Positions 24,880 through 35,638 of a DNA stretch of 64,000 bases are shown piece after piece. Made by a program: the position numbers and the translations under genes. Under the pieces are notes generated by a model. It saw nothing but the letters and a program-made list of their open reading frames with translations. It did not search any database and had not been told where the DNA came from. The stretch is from Torpedo marmorata (Eukaryota), in contig OZ360236.1 in NCBI GenBank assembly GCA_977017645.1, positions 44,826,001 to 44,890,000 on the forward strand, read 5' to 3'. Position 1 is the stretch's first letter; every line of letters begins with the position of its first letter.

Positions 24880-26073
24880 TATAGATCCATCTTTGACATC
24901 ATTGTTGATCAAAAACTTTTACAATTCCGCCTGTTGGTTGTCCGCCTGCTGGTTATCTGTTAACGTGTTTACGTATTCCTCTGCATGTGCATAATTTGAG
25001 AAAAAATTATTTTCCCCTGGTCGTAAGAAAATCTTCAAAGTGGCAAGATGTCGTAAAACAAATCTATAACCTTTTTTTCCACAGGGCTTGCTTCACATTG
25101 TTAAATTCTTTTCTTCTTTTCAACAACTCAAAACTTATATCAGGATAAAAGAAAATCTTGTTTCCATGAAACTCCAGTGGGCCTTTTCTCACTTTAGCTC
25201 CTTGCGCTGCTGCTACTAATATTTTCTCTCTATCTTGATAACAAAGACATTTTATTAATATTGATCTTGGTTTTTGATCTGGTGGTGGCCGTAGTCTCAA
25301 AGCTCTATGTACCCTTTCAATTTCAATAGGTTTATCCTCATTTTCTATTTCCAGAACTTCCAGGATCCAAATTTGAAAAAAATTATCGGATCTTCGCCTT
25401 CTTCACCTTCTTTAAGGCCAACAATTTTAATATTATTTTGTCTACTGAAGTTTTCTAATAAATTTATTTTTTCCCAGAGTTGTTTTCTTTAATTAACCCA
25501 TGCGTCTGTAGTATTTTCCATTCTATCTTGCACTTCTTCCATTCTCATCTCCAGATTTTTAACTTTATCATCAACTTTGCCCAATTTATTTTGCACTTTC
25601 ATTACCACATCAAAGTATTTCTTCATTTCTACTCTTATCTTTCTTAATTCTTTCATTAATTGTACAAGTGTATATTCTTCTTCGCCTTTCAGCTTAAGTT
25701 TTCTACTTTTATCTTTGGAAACTTCAGTAGGATTTATTTCTTCCTCTGCTGCTTCTTCCTCCTCTTCTTTGTCGCTGGACTGGAATTCAATGTCTTCGCC
25801 GACATTTTGTATTTCTTGTGATCTGCGCATGCGCGACTTCTCGCGCATGTGCAGTTCCACTTCTTCCTCTTCGAGATCTTCTGCCTGCAGAAGCAACTGT
25901 GATGGCGCTATAGAGCATCTAACAGGCCCTATAGGGGCCTGCTTCGGCCGGGGAGGAGCTCTCACCTCAACTCCCGGATCCATCAAGACGGTGGGCCTTC
26001 TTTCTTGTTCCTGTCATTGTTCTCATTGTGTTCCCGACGGGCCAGCGAACTTTCTTTGTTTTTTAGGTGACAT
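24880..26073 (-). pseudogene. L1 family B ORF1p, frameshifted
   Basis: ATG at 26073 (MSPKKQR), acidic stretch, coiled coil, RPPPDQKPRSILIKCLCYQDREKIL and FFYPDIS. Confidence 0.85.
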
Positions 26074-26217
26074 TATAAAATTGTTCTGAAATAGTTTTTG
26101 AGCTTTTTTTTTTGTATTTGGTTAACAGTATTTTGCTTATTTGGCACTTATTAAACTAATTCCCGGGAGAGTCAGATTTCTACTTCCTGACTCTACTACA
26201 TCACGTGACGTCCCCCC

Positions 26218-26815
26218 TCCATATGCCTTCTTGATAGCCTGCTACACCTGCAAACCAACCTTTTGCGATTCATGCACAAGCACTCCCAAGTCCTTCTGCA
26301 TGTCAGCGTTCTGCAATCGCTTGCTATTTAAATAATATACTGATCTTCCATTCTTCCTTCCAAAGTGGATAACCTTACATTTGCCAACATTGTACTCCAT
26401 CTGCCAGACCCTTGCCCACTCACTTAACCTATCTATATCTCTCTGCAGACTCTCCATATCCTCTGCACAATTTGCTTTTCCACTCAATTTAGTGTCATCA
26501 GCAAACTTAGATACACTACACTCTGCCCCTCTTCCAGATCGTTTATGTATATATAACAGTTGCGGGCCCAGCACTGACCCCTGCAGTACCCCGCTCACCT
26601 ATGATTGCCATCCAGAAAACCCCCCTGCACACCAACTCTCTGCTTTCTATTCGTTAACCAATCCTCTATCCATGCTAATACATCACCCCCAATTCCATGT
26701 TTCCTTATCTTCTGTATAAGTCTTTTATGCGGCACCTTTTCGAACAGCTTCTAAAAAATCCAGGTAAACAATGCCTATCTGCTCCCATCTATCCACTGCG
26801 CTTGTTATATCCTCA
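26218..26815 (-). mobile_element. CR1 LINE RT part (continuation of 18058-18709), 5'-truncated
   Basis: SGVLQGSVLGP, SKFADDTKL and CKVIHFG; joins the 18.1-18.7k segment once L1-B is removed. Confidence 0.9.
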
Positions 26816-27819
26816 AACAGATACATCTGAGAAAATGTAAGTGATCACACAGAAGCAAAATCTTCACACAGACAGCAGCAGAGGCCGGGGCTGAATGCAG
26901 ATGGCTGGAGCTGAGAGACAGCAGGCTGCCCATCATCCCACCTTCAGGTTTGACACATCTAAGAAACTTGAATACTCAATATGGTACCAGTAGATATGTA
27001 TTTTGCAGATTTTCAACAAAAGTGTTTTATGCTACATAAAAAATTAGGTCAGAGGGTGGAAGTAACACGAAGAAATAATCAGATAATTAATGATGGCTGG
27101 CTGCTACTTTTGTTTTCTAGAGAGCTAGGTCTTGGGTTCTTAGGTAATAAAATCCATATTTAATAATTATTCGCTTTGTTAATAAAATATAAAAATAGGG
27201 AATTTCATATGGATGTTTAATGGAGCAGGGAAGGGTCATTATAGAGTTATGCCAGTCACTCCTTTGGTTCAAGGCCTTCTACTGGGATTGCTTTTGTGCG
27301 AGACAGATTTTTAATTGCAAATATTCATTTGTCCACAAAAAATCAAGCACATGATGATAATGTGGTGAATTTGGGACTGTAGATTTATGGAGTGAGGGTT
27401 CGTGTTTGATGACACTATCAGGATGTGAAGTGTGGGAGATTGATTGGAAACCAGAGACAAGGTGACACCCAAAAACTTAGAACGTTGGGAGAGGAAGTGT
27501 AATCAAAACTAAGTTGGTCAGTGGAAGTGGAAATGAGATTGGGCCAATGCAGTTCATGGGGAGAGAGCATCAAGAAAAGAGATAAATTGCATAAAGATGC
27601 AGGGACTTTCCCAAATTAGGGTCCCAGTTCTGCACTTCAGAGGCAACAACTCCATGAACAAATGGTTGTTCTGGGATTAATAAACAGCATGCTTTTTGGA
27701 ATGATGTGACCAATGTGAGCGAACTTACTGATCAACAATTGGAAAAGCTGATGGATGGCAAATGCACAACCGACACTGGAATTGCATCAGATAACAATGT
27801 TAATTCACAATGATAGCAG

Positions 27820-29008
27820 CAATCTAATGCTCCTATTTACTTTTCATTTCTTCCATCTACTCAGCTCTTTATTTTACAACTAAAGTGCTCTATATCACTC
27901 GCCTTTCTTTCTTCTATATATACTTTTATTGAAATGGCTACAAGAAGCAAATTTGGGAAGAAAGAAGAGGTGTTAATGAATCTGACCATGGAGTCTATCA
28001 CTGAGATACTCAATCAGCACAGATAGATGATAACTGATGATCTTAAAGAAGCCTTGGGTCAGATTAACAATAAACTCGACCAAGTACAAAAAATAACTAA
28101 AGAACACGGTTTGACAACGGTTGAGGAGGAACTGAGCAACTTAATTCAATGGGTTGATAAAGTGGAAAATACATGCTCCAGATTAAGTGACAGTAATTTG
28201 AAACTAACGAAGAAAGTAGATGATCTGAAAGGAAGGAGTAGATGACAGAACTTACGAATCCTGGGCTTGCCTGAATCCACAGAAAGTGGGCAACCTACTA
28301 AATTCTTTTCGGAGTTGCTTTACGAGGTCTTTGGTAAGGAGTTTCTTTCATCTCCCCCAGTGATTGAGAGAGCACATCACTCTTTATTACCTAAGCCTGC
28401 TCCTGGGCAGATACCTCTTTTGGTTATTCTTCAGCTACATCTTTATCAAGTAAAGGAGTCTTTGATTCGTGAAGCCCGACGAAGAGGGACACTTGAATAT
28501 CGTAGTCAACGTATAAGAATTGTAGAAGATTACTGTCCTGAAATCATGAAGCAGCACCGCGAATATTAAGAAGTAATGTTGGAGCTATATAAACATGGTT
28601 TAAAGCCTTCCCTATTATATCCTGCACGGCTTCTTATTACACTTTATAATGGAGAGAGGAAGCTGCTGCGTTCTGCTGATGAGGCTCGGAGCTTCCTAGA
28701 AGAATTTACTACTACATCGTGCCCTGTGGGAATTTCGTCTTGAAGATTGAAGATGATTGACTATTATTAACTTTAAGGTTTTCCTACATTTATTACATAA
28801 CATTTGATGGTCGCGTATTGGTTGGTTCTTTTTGTTTGGGCAATTTTTCTCTTTTATTTGTTTTTTCTTCTGGGATAATAAACTTACTAGGGTTGTATTT
28901 ATGCAAGTATTTTTACTCTTTTTATCTTTCTCCTTTTAATTAGTCATTGAATATATATTCACTTCTTTTTCAGAAATATTGGTTTAATATTTCTTTGATA
29001 TTTTCTTT
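27820..29008 (+). mobile_element. L1 (third family) 5' part: ORF1 remnant 27934-28743 and inter-ORF spacer
   Basis: KVDDLKGRSR*QNLRILGLPE, IERAHHSL and IRIVEDY. The left boundary is approximate. Confidence 0.82.
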
Positions 29009-29856
29009 TGTTACAAACTCAAACCAGCAACGACAGAAGACAGAATGCAAAAGGGGTAATATTGAAATTTATATTTATTAAAGACAATTAAACATAATTT
29101 CTTACCAATTAACCCCACTATAAACGTCTATAAACACTATTCTTATCTAAAGAGTGTGTGTGTGTGTGTGTGTAAAGCCCAGACCATTACAGTCTGTGCC
29201 CAACCCTCATGTAAAAATGGAAAACCTTCCCAAAAACCCACAGATCAGTCATAAAAATAAGTCAGTCGAAAAATACAGTCCACAAAAATCACTCTCCATG
29301 TTCAGGGTCCAAATTCAGCTCTGTGTGCTGGCACAAAGGACTTCTTAATGAACGTTGGAGAGAGAGACAATAACTGTTTAAGCTTACGAATGCTTGGCCT
29401 GCTTTACTTCTCTGATGACTTTCCCTTTGGTAGGTACATGAGGAGATTCCAAATAAGTTTTGGATTGAGGCGTATACTTGGATCTCACAGCCGGTCTCGC
29501 AGATCTCATGCCTGTTCTTCACAAAAGTTGTTTTAACTCAGGATTTTTCTGATACAGGAGGCCATGTGCTATTCTCCCAGCCTTTTCCCCTGGGATGCAC
29601 AAGCCTGGATTTGGCTGTTGTTCCAGCCTCTTGCAACTCCAGACTGAATGCTTTTTGCAGAGTTTTGTACCTGCTTTTGCAAAAGTGCAACAAAGTATCT
29701 TTCCACAGCCTGTCTTGTCTCGGTGTCTCTCTCTCTGAGTACAGCCAGTCTTGGGCAAGTTAACTATTTCAGTACCAGGTCCCATGTGTACTCCAAAAGA
29801 CTTCATCCTTCCTGCTGACCGTCCGCAGTCCAAATGGTCAGTCATGATCCATGACA
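29009..29856 (-). repeat. 3' LTR
   Basis: TGTTA...TGACA termini, adjacent to the PPT; direct repeat of 33911-34760. Confidence 0.93.
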
Positions 29857-29866
29857 CCTCCCACCC
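29857..29866 (-). promoter_or_regulatory. Polypurine tract GGGTGGGAGG
   Basis: Purine-rich run immediately before the 3' LTR on the minus strand. Confidence 0.85.
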
Positions 29867-30029
29867 ACAAAGAAAATTTTGGTCTGCAAAAACAAAATTT
29901 TGGAAATTAATTGAGGTGTCACAATATAAACAAAACCCAAAATGTTCATCCACAAACACAAAAATATGAACTATTTTCATTGATAAAGTTTAGCATCTAG
30001 AAAGACAATCAAAATTACATTATCTTTCC

Positions 30030-32450
30030 CTTTTATATGTGTTATTTTTAAATCATATTCTTGCAAAATTAGACTCCAATTCAACAACCGTCGATTCTTA
30101 TTTTTCATTTTACAAAGAAAAACCAATGGATTATGGTCAGTATACACTATGAGTGGTTTTTGAGCTGTACAGATATATCATCAAAGTGTTGTAGAGCCAA
30201 CACAAGAGCTAACAACTCTTTTTCTATGGTTGAATAATTCCTTTGATGATCATTCAACTTCTTCGTTCTTCCTCTGTAACAGCACCGCACCATAGCTTCA
30301 TCATTGGCATCCACGGCTAAAGAAAACGGCTGTTCTAAATTAGGTGACTTAAGCACAGGTTGGTGGCATAAAATGGCTTTCAATTTGACAAATGCTTCCT
30401 AACAACCTGTCGACCATACACATTTTTCTCCCTTTCTAAGCAAATTTGTGAGATTTGCAAGATCTGCAAAGTTATTACATAACTTGCGGTAGTAGCCAAT
30501 CATTCCCAGGAACCTCCTCAGAGCTTTCTTACCAGTTGGAACAGGGAACTCGGAAATAGTCACAACCTTAGCCTCTACTGGCGCCAACTGCCCCTGTCCT
30601 ACTACATAACCCAGATAAATAACAGTCCCATAACCCTCTCTGAAACTAGTTTTATCTGTCTCCTCCTTACCCCTGTCAATAACCAGCACCTCTGGTAAAT
30701 GTTCAGTCTCTTTGTGCGGCACCTGTTCAAAATATGGCTTAATCATATTCACATGACAGACCTGTGTGTCTCGTCTGCGTTTAGGTGTTTCTATGACATA
30801 GGTGACATCATTAATTTTTGACTTAACTCTATAGGGTCCTGACAATCTAGCCCTAAGAGGATTTGAATGTGTGGGAAACAGAACTAATACGTTCTCACCA
30901 GGTTTAAAAGTTCTCATCTTGGCCTTTCGATCATACCAAACCTTCATTCTCTGTTGAGTGGCCTTTAAAGTCTCCTTTGCCATCTCACAAGCTTTATGCA
31001 ACCGCTCCTTAAATTTAGAAACATAATCTAACAGCTTTAAATGCACATCACTATTAATCCACTGTTCTTTTAATAACCTTAAAGGACCTCTCACCTCATG
31101 TCCGAAAACTAACTCGAATGGACTAAAACCAAGTGATTCTTGGACAGACTCCCTCGCTGCAAATAACAACAAATGAACCCCCTCATCCCAATCCTTTTCC
31201 TTCTCACAACAATAGGTTTTAATCATGTTTTTCAAAGTCGAATGGAACCTCTCCAAGGCCCCTTGACTTTCTGTATTGTACGCAGAGGATACAATCTGTT
31301 TAACTCCCAGTCTAGCAACCACTTGTTGGAATACGCCTGACATGAAATTACTGCCCTGATCTGATTGAATTTCCCTTGGCAAATCTACAAAGGTGAAAAC
31401 CTTTATCATAGCCTTTACAATTGCCTTTGTTTTAATGTTTCTCAGAGGAATGGCCTCTGGAAATCTGGTGGCTGCAAGCATAATTGTTAACAAATACTCA
31501 TTCCCCGCTTTGGTTTTGGGCAATGGGCCAACGCAGTCCACAATCACTCTCGAGAATGGCTCACTGCAAGAAGGGATAGGTTGCAAGGGTGCCACCGGGG
31601 GACCCTGATTAGGTATACCCACCACCTGACAAGTGTGACAGGCCCGGCAAAAGCTTACAACCTCCCTTCTCAAACTAGGCCAATAAAATTGTTTCATTAT
31701 CTTCCGTATAGTTTTCTTCACCCCAAGGTGACCACCTAAGTGTGTGCTATGAGCCAAAGTTATTATTTTGTCCCTATATACTTTAGGGATCACAACCTGC
31801 TGCACTATGCCCATTCTTCATTGGCAAGAACATCACATGGTCTCCACTTTCTCATCAACGTCGCATCTTTTTCATAATAATCTACTGGCACCTTCTTAAT
31901 CTCCTCTTCAGAGAGAACCTTATCCCTCACCTCAGCAAGATCAGGATCCTCCTTTTGCTTTGCTATTAGCTCTTGTTGGGATAGTGACAAATCAGTGCCT
32001 TTAGGTGCCTTATCAGTGTATGGGTCTAACACAGGAGTTTGCTCAACATTTTCCAGGTGTTTTTGATTATCCCCGACTTTTTCTTTCACCAATTTATTTT
32101 CCACTGCCTTCTCTACAGTAACATTTTTCTTAGACATGGCCCTGGTTATGGCACATGCCGGATAAATATCAGAGTCCTTCTCTGACTTATCAATGACTGG
32201 CTTAGTGGTCACTCACACTGCTGGGACTACTTTACCTTCAGCCAAGCCATTGCCAAGCAACAGTGAGACTGGACTCAACATCACCCCCAATTCCTTTAAT
32301 TAAATTAATTTCACCGGTGTTAGTTGCTTCACAATATTCCAAGACACTATCTAACACAAGTGACTGAGCAGCTCCAGTATCTCGCAAGATTTTCATTGGA
32401 ACTTGCTTTGATCCTGCCTTAACTGAAACAAAACCATCTGTCACAAAAGG
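30030..32450 (-). pseudogene. pol remnant: protease, integrase (HHCC and rve), RT C-terminal tip, RNase H
   Basis: ILRDTGA; AH..GGHLG..C..C; VIVDCVGPLP; IQSDQGSNF; GALERFH; YLGYVV; FLGMIGYYR; LAVDA; YSTIEKELLALV. Confidence 0.9.
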
Positions 32451-33779
32451 TTTAAATACATCCCTAACTTTGTCAGTAAATTTGTCTCCTTCCTGGGTGT
32501 TATGCCTCTTCTCACTCTGAATACAAGCATTAGGTGTTGCATCCTTTTCTCTCTTCTTTTTCAACACTGGACATCTTGCAAGCTTATGACCAGCCTTCCT
32601 ACAGTAGTGGCAAATGGGACCCGAAGGGTTTTCCCTTTTCCATTTTCCTTCATCCCTTTCCTTAACACCACTTCCAAATTTACTTTCCACTTGCTTGGGA
32701 TTATCCACAGTGACCTTTTAGAAAATTCTGCCTGACGTCCACTTAGGCTTCTGGGTTAAAGCATATTCATCTTCTAACTTTGCTGTATTTTGCCAATTTT
32801 TCACCTTTTCATCTAAGTATGCCTTAATATCCTCAGGAACACACCTTTTTATCTCCTCAATTAGTATCAATTCTCTCAATTGATTGTAATCATTGTTTAC
32901 CGCCTTAGATGTGCACCACCTGTCAAAACACACAACCTTTTCATAGGCAAACTCTGTGTAAGATTGGGTTGCTGATCTTTTTAAATTTCTAAACTTCTAT
33001 CTATAAGCCTCTGGAACTAACTCATAAGCCTGGAGTATAACCTTTTTCACCATTTTATAATCAGCAGCTTGCTCCGTGGTAAGAGTAGAATAAGCTTGCT
33101 GAGTTTTTCCTTTTATTACACTTTGTAACATAAGATACCATTGGTCTTGTGGCCATTTTAGTTTCACAGCCATCTTCTCAATATGCTGGAAGTACTTATC
33201 TATTTCTGCCTCCTCAAATGGAGGAACCAACCTAACTTCTCTACTGGCCAAAAACCTCTCAACAGGATGACAAATTTGATCTTCGTGCTCTTCTTGTCTC
33301 CTCTCATTTTCCAACTTAATCTTTTCCAGCTCATATTGCCTTATTTTCTCCTCTTTCTCTAAATCTAATCTCTTTTGTTCCAATTCCGCATCTAATCTCT
33401 TTTGTTCCCTGGCTACCTCCAAATCTAATCTCTTTTGATCCAATTCCCTGTCTAATTTCTTTTGTTCCCTGGCTACCACAAGTCTAATATCTTTTGATCC
33501 AATTCCCTGACTAATTTCTTTTGTTTCAATTCCAATTTCTTTAGTTCCAACTGTATGTTTTCAGAAGGCTTACCCTTGGGAAAATGCTCTAACACGCTCT
33601 CCTTAAACTTTTTCCCTTTTATATAGTATTTGGCAATTTTTATCCCAATCCCCAACTTTTTCATTGATGGTTTTACAGAAGCAATGCCCAACTCTGTTGC
33701 TATAGCCACTAACTGTTCCTTTTTTTTCCTTTTTTAAAGTATCAGGTTCAGGTGATTCCAAAAAAAATTCTACATCCAT
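32450..33779 (-). pseudogene. gag remnant (coiled-coil repeats, SCAN-related capsid C-terminal region, CCHC knuckle)
   Basis: VRLVPPFEE, YELVPEAYR, QLRELILIEE and CHYCRKAGHKLARC; several frameshifts. Confidence 0.85.
33361..33540. repeat. 60-bp tandem repeat (about 3 copies) inside gag
   Basis: Lines 33361, 33421 and 33481 align; the unit encodes EVAREQK(K/R)LD(R/A)EL(D/E)QKRLDL. Confidence 0.85.
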
Positions 33780-33888
33780 TGTTGCTGTTTTTTTGTTACA
33801 CACACACTAGCTTTTAATTAGCTTTACAAAAGGAGTGTCTTAAACCAGACTGGGATTCCTTCAATTACTAAGATGGATCTTGATTCAT

Positions 33889-33907
33889 ATCCTAGGATGA
33901 GCCCCCA
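33889..33907 (-). promoter_or_regulatory. Primer-binding site, tRNA-Pro type
   Basis: TGGGGGCTCATCCTAGGAT lies 3 nt after the 5' LTR; the canonical PBS-Pro is TGGGGGCTCGTCCGGGAT. Confidence 0.85.
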
Positions 33908-33910
33908 ATT

Positions 33911-34760
33911 TGTTACAAACTCAAACCAGCAACGACAGAAGACACAACGCAAAAGGGGTAATATTGAAATTTATATTTATTAAAGACAATTAAACATATA
34001 ATTTCTTAACAATTAACTCCACTATAAACACTATTCTTATCTAAAGAGTGTGTGTGCATGTGTGTGTAAAGCCCAGACCTTTACAGTCTGTGACCAACCC
34101 TCATGTAAACATGGAAAACCTTCCCCAAAACCCCCAGGTCAGTCATAAAAATAAGTTAATCCCAAAAATACAGTCCACAAAAATCACACTCCATGTTCAG
34201 GGTCCAAATTCAGCTCTGTGTACTGGCACGAAGGACTTCTTAATGAACGTTGGAGAGAGAGAGAGACAATGACTGTTTAAGCATACGAATGCTTGGCCTG
34301 CTTTTCTTCTCTGATGACTTTCCCTTTTAGTAGGTACACGAGGATTGAGACTCCAAATCAGTTTTGACTGAGGCGTATACTTGGATCTCACAGCTGGTCT
34401 CGCTGATCTCACGCCTGTTCTCCACGAAACTTGATTTAAATCAGGATTTTGCTGATGCAGGAGACCATGTGCTATTCTCCCAGCCTTTTCCCCTGGGATG
34501 CACAAGCCTGGATTTGGCTGTTGTTCCAGCCACATGCAACTCCAGACTGAATGCTTTTTGCAGAGTTTTGCACCTGCTTTTGCTAAAATGCAACAAAGTA
34601 TCTTTCCACAGCCTGTCTTGTCTCGGTGTCTCTCTCTCTGAGTCCAGCCAGTCCTGGGCAAGTTAACTCTTTCAGTACCAGGTCCCAGTGTATACTCCAA
34701 AAGTCTTCATCCTTCCTGCTGACCATCCGCAGTCCAAATGGTCAGTCATGGTCCATAACA
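33911..34760 (-). repeat. 5' LTR
   Basis: TGTTA...TAACA termini, adjacent to the PBS. Confidence 0.93.
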
Positions 34761-34842
34761 TTATTAATATTATGTATTCCATAAATGTTTTGTATATGCA
34801 TGCTTATATTTGAAATTAATAAAAATATTTAAAAAGAAAAGA
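34761..34842 (+). mobile_element. L1 3' terminal fragment
   Basis: Ends AATAAAAATATTTAAAAAGAAAAGA, the same style as the family C tail at 46.2k. Confidence 0.6.
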
Positions 34843-35039
34843 ACAATGAGATAACAAACTGAATTTCCACAATGCCATATCCAGCCAGGAACCATAATAA
34901 TGCATTACTCATTGAATTCTGAAAAAAAAAACATATCTATATTTCTTGGTCAGATCAATTTTTTAAAAAGTAAAAACTGTAGTTATTGTTGTACAGTGGT
35001 TTGCTGAATCACAATTAACATGCAGATGTAATATGTAAT

Positions 35040-35300
35040 TTGGAAGGTGAACATAATGCTGGCCTTGATTATACTGGAGGCTAACAGATCAGTCGAAGGA
35101 AATCTTTTAGCACATGCACAGATCTATGTTAAAACCACATCTGGAGTACTGTGTGGATGTATATTTAATGAAAAGATTGGTGCCATTGAAGTAATGAAAT
35201 GTAGTTTCACTAATTTGTTTCCTGGGCTCAAATTGTTCTCGGAGGAGAAATTAGCAAATTTCTTTACTCACTGGAGTTTGGAATAGAAAGAAGTAATCGC
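35040..35300 (+). mobile_element. Old CR1 3' fragment
   Basis: AAACCACATCTGGAGTACTGTGTG encodes the PHLEYCV motif; heavily decayed. Confidence 0.6.
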
Positions 35301-35322
35301 ATGAGAGGTTGGTAGGGTAGGG

Positions 35323-35556
35323 CAGCCATTCTCAACGGGGGCTACAGCAAATTTAAGTAAAAGCCTTGTTTTCTTTTCATCTCACGTAACATAAATATTT
35401 CTATGTTTTTTATGCAGTCAGTACAAGAGAAGTGCAGAAGAAACCAAAACTTGACTGCTTCAAAGGGAAGGGGGCCTATAAACTTGGAGCATAGTTCTCA
35501 GAGTCCTGGGAGGGGTGGGGGGTGGGGGTGGGGGAGGCATAACCAAAAAATGGCTG
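35323..35556. mobile_element. Possible hAT-type MITE
   Basis: CAGCCATTCTCAAC ... AATGGCTG inverted ends; no clean TSD. Confidence 0.35.
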
Positions 35557-35638
35557 AGGTCGATGTCGGGAGTTAGGTTGTTTTTGTTGGAGAGTCAAGA
35601 ATGGGGCACTTAATTTCAATTCAGAGGATGAGCTATAT

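Larger units (their letters stand above)
18710..26217 (-). mobile_element. Full-length L1 family B (decayed), containing two nested insertions
   Basis: TSD TCCAT(T/A)TGCCTTCTT at 18695-18709 and 26218-26232; 5' end GGGGGGACGTCACGTGATG; ORF1, ORF2 (EN, RT, zinc knuckle); tail AATAAAATATTCC-A(n). Confidence 0.92.
29009..34760 (-). mobile_element. Gmr1-type Ty3/Gypsy LTR retrotransposon, defective provirus
   Basis: Two ~850-bp LTRs, PBS and PPT; domain order gag, CCHC, protease (ILRDTGA), integrase, RT remnant, RNase H. Confidence 0.93.

Noticed and set aside
25577-26089. Antisense 170-aa ORF over L1-B ORF1 (ORF0-like)
   Set aside because: No ATG start, composition is the complement of a purine-rich coding strand, and there is no counterpart in the family A copy.
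29289-29980. ORFs within the LTRs (also 34197-34700 and 11116-11456)
   Set aside because: The frames are not preserved among the three LTR copies and show no domain similarity.
27800-34850. ACAATGA as the TSD of the Gypsy-interrupted L1
   Set aside because: Only 7 bp in AT-rich sequence, and the L1 5' end is undefined.
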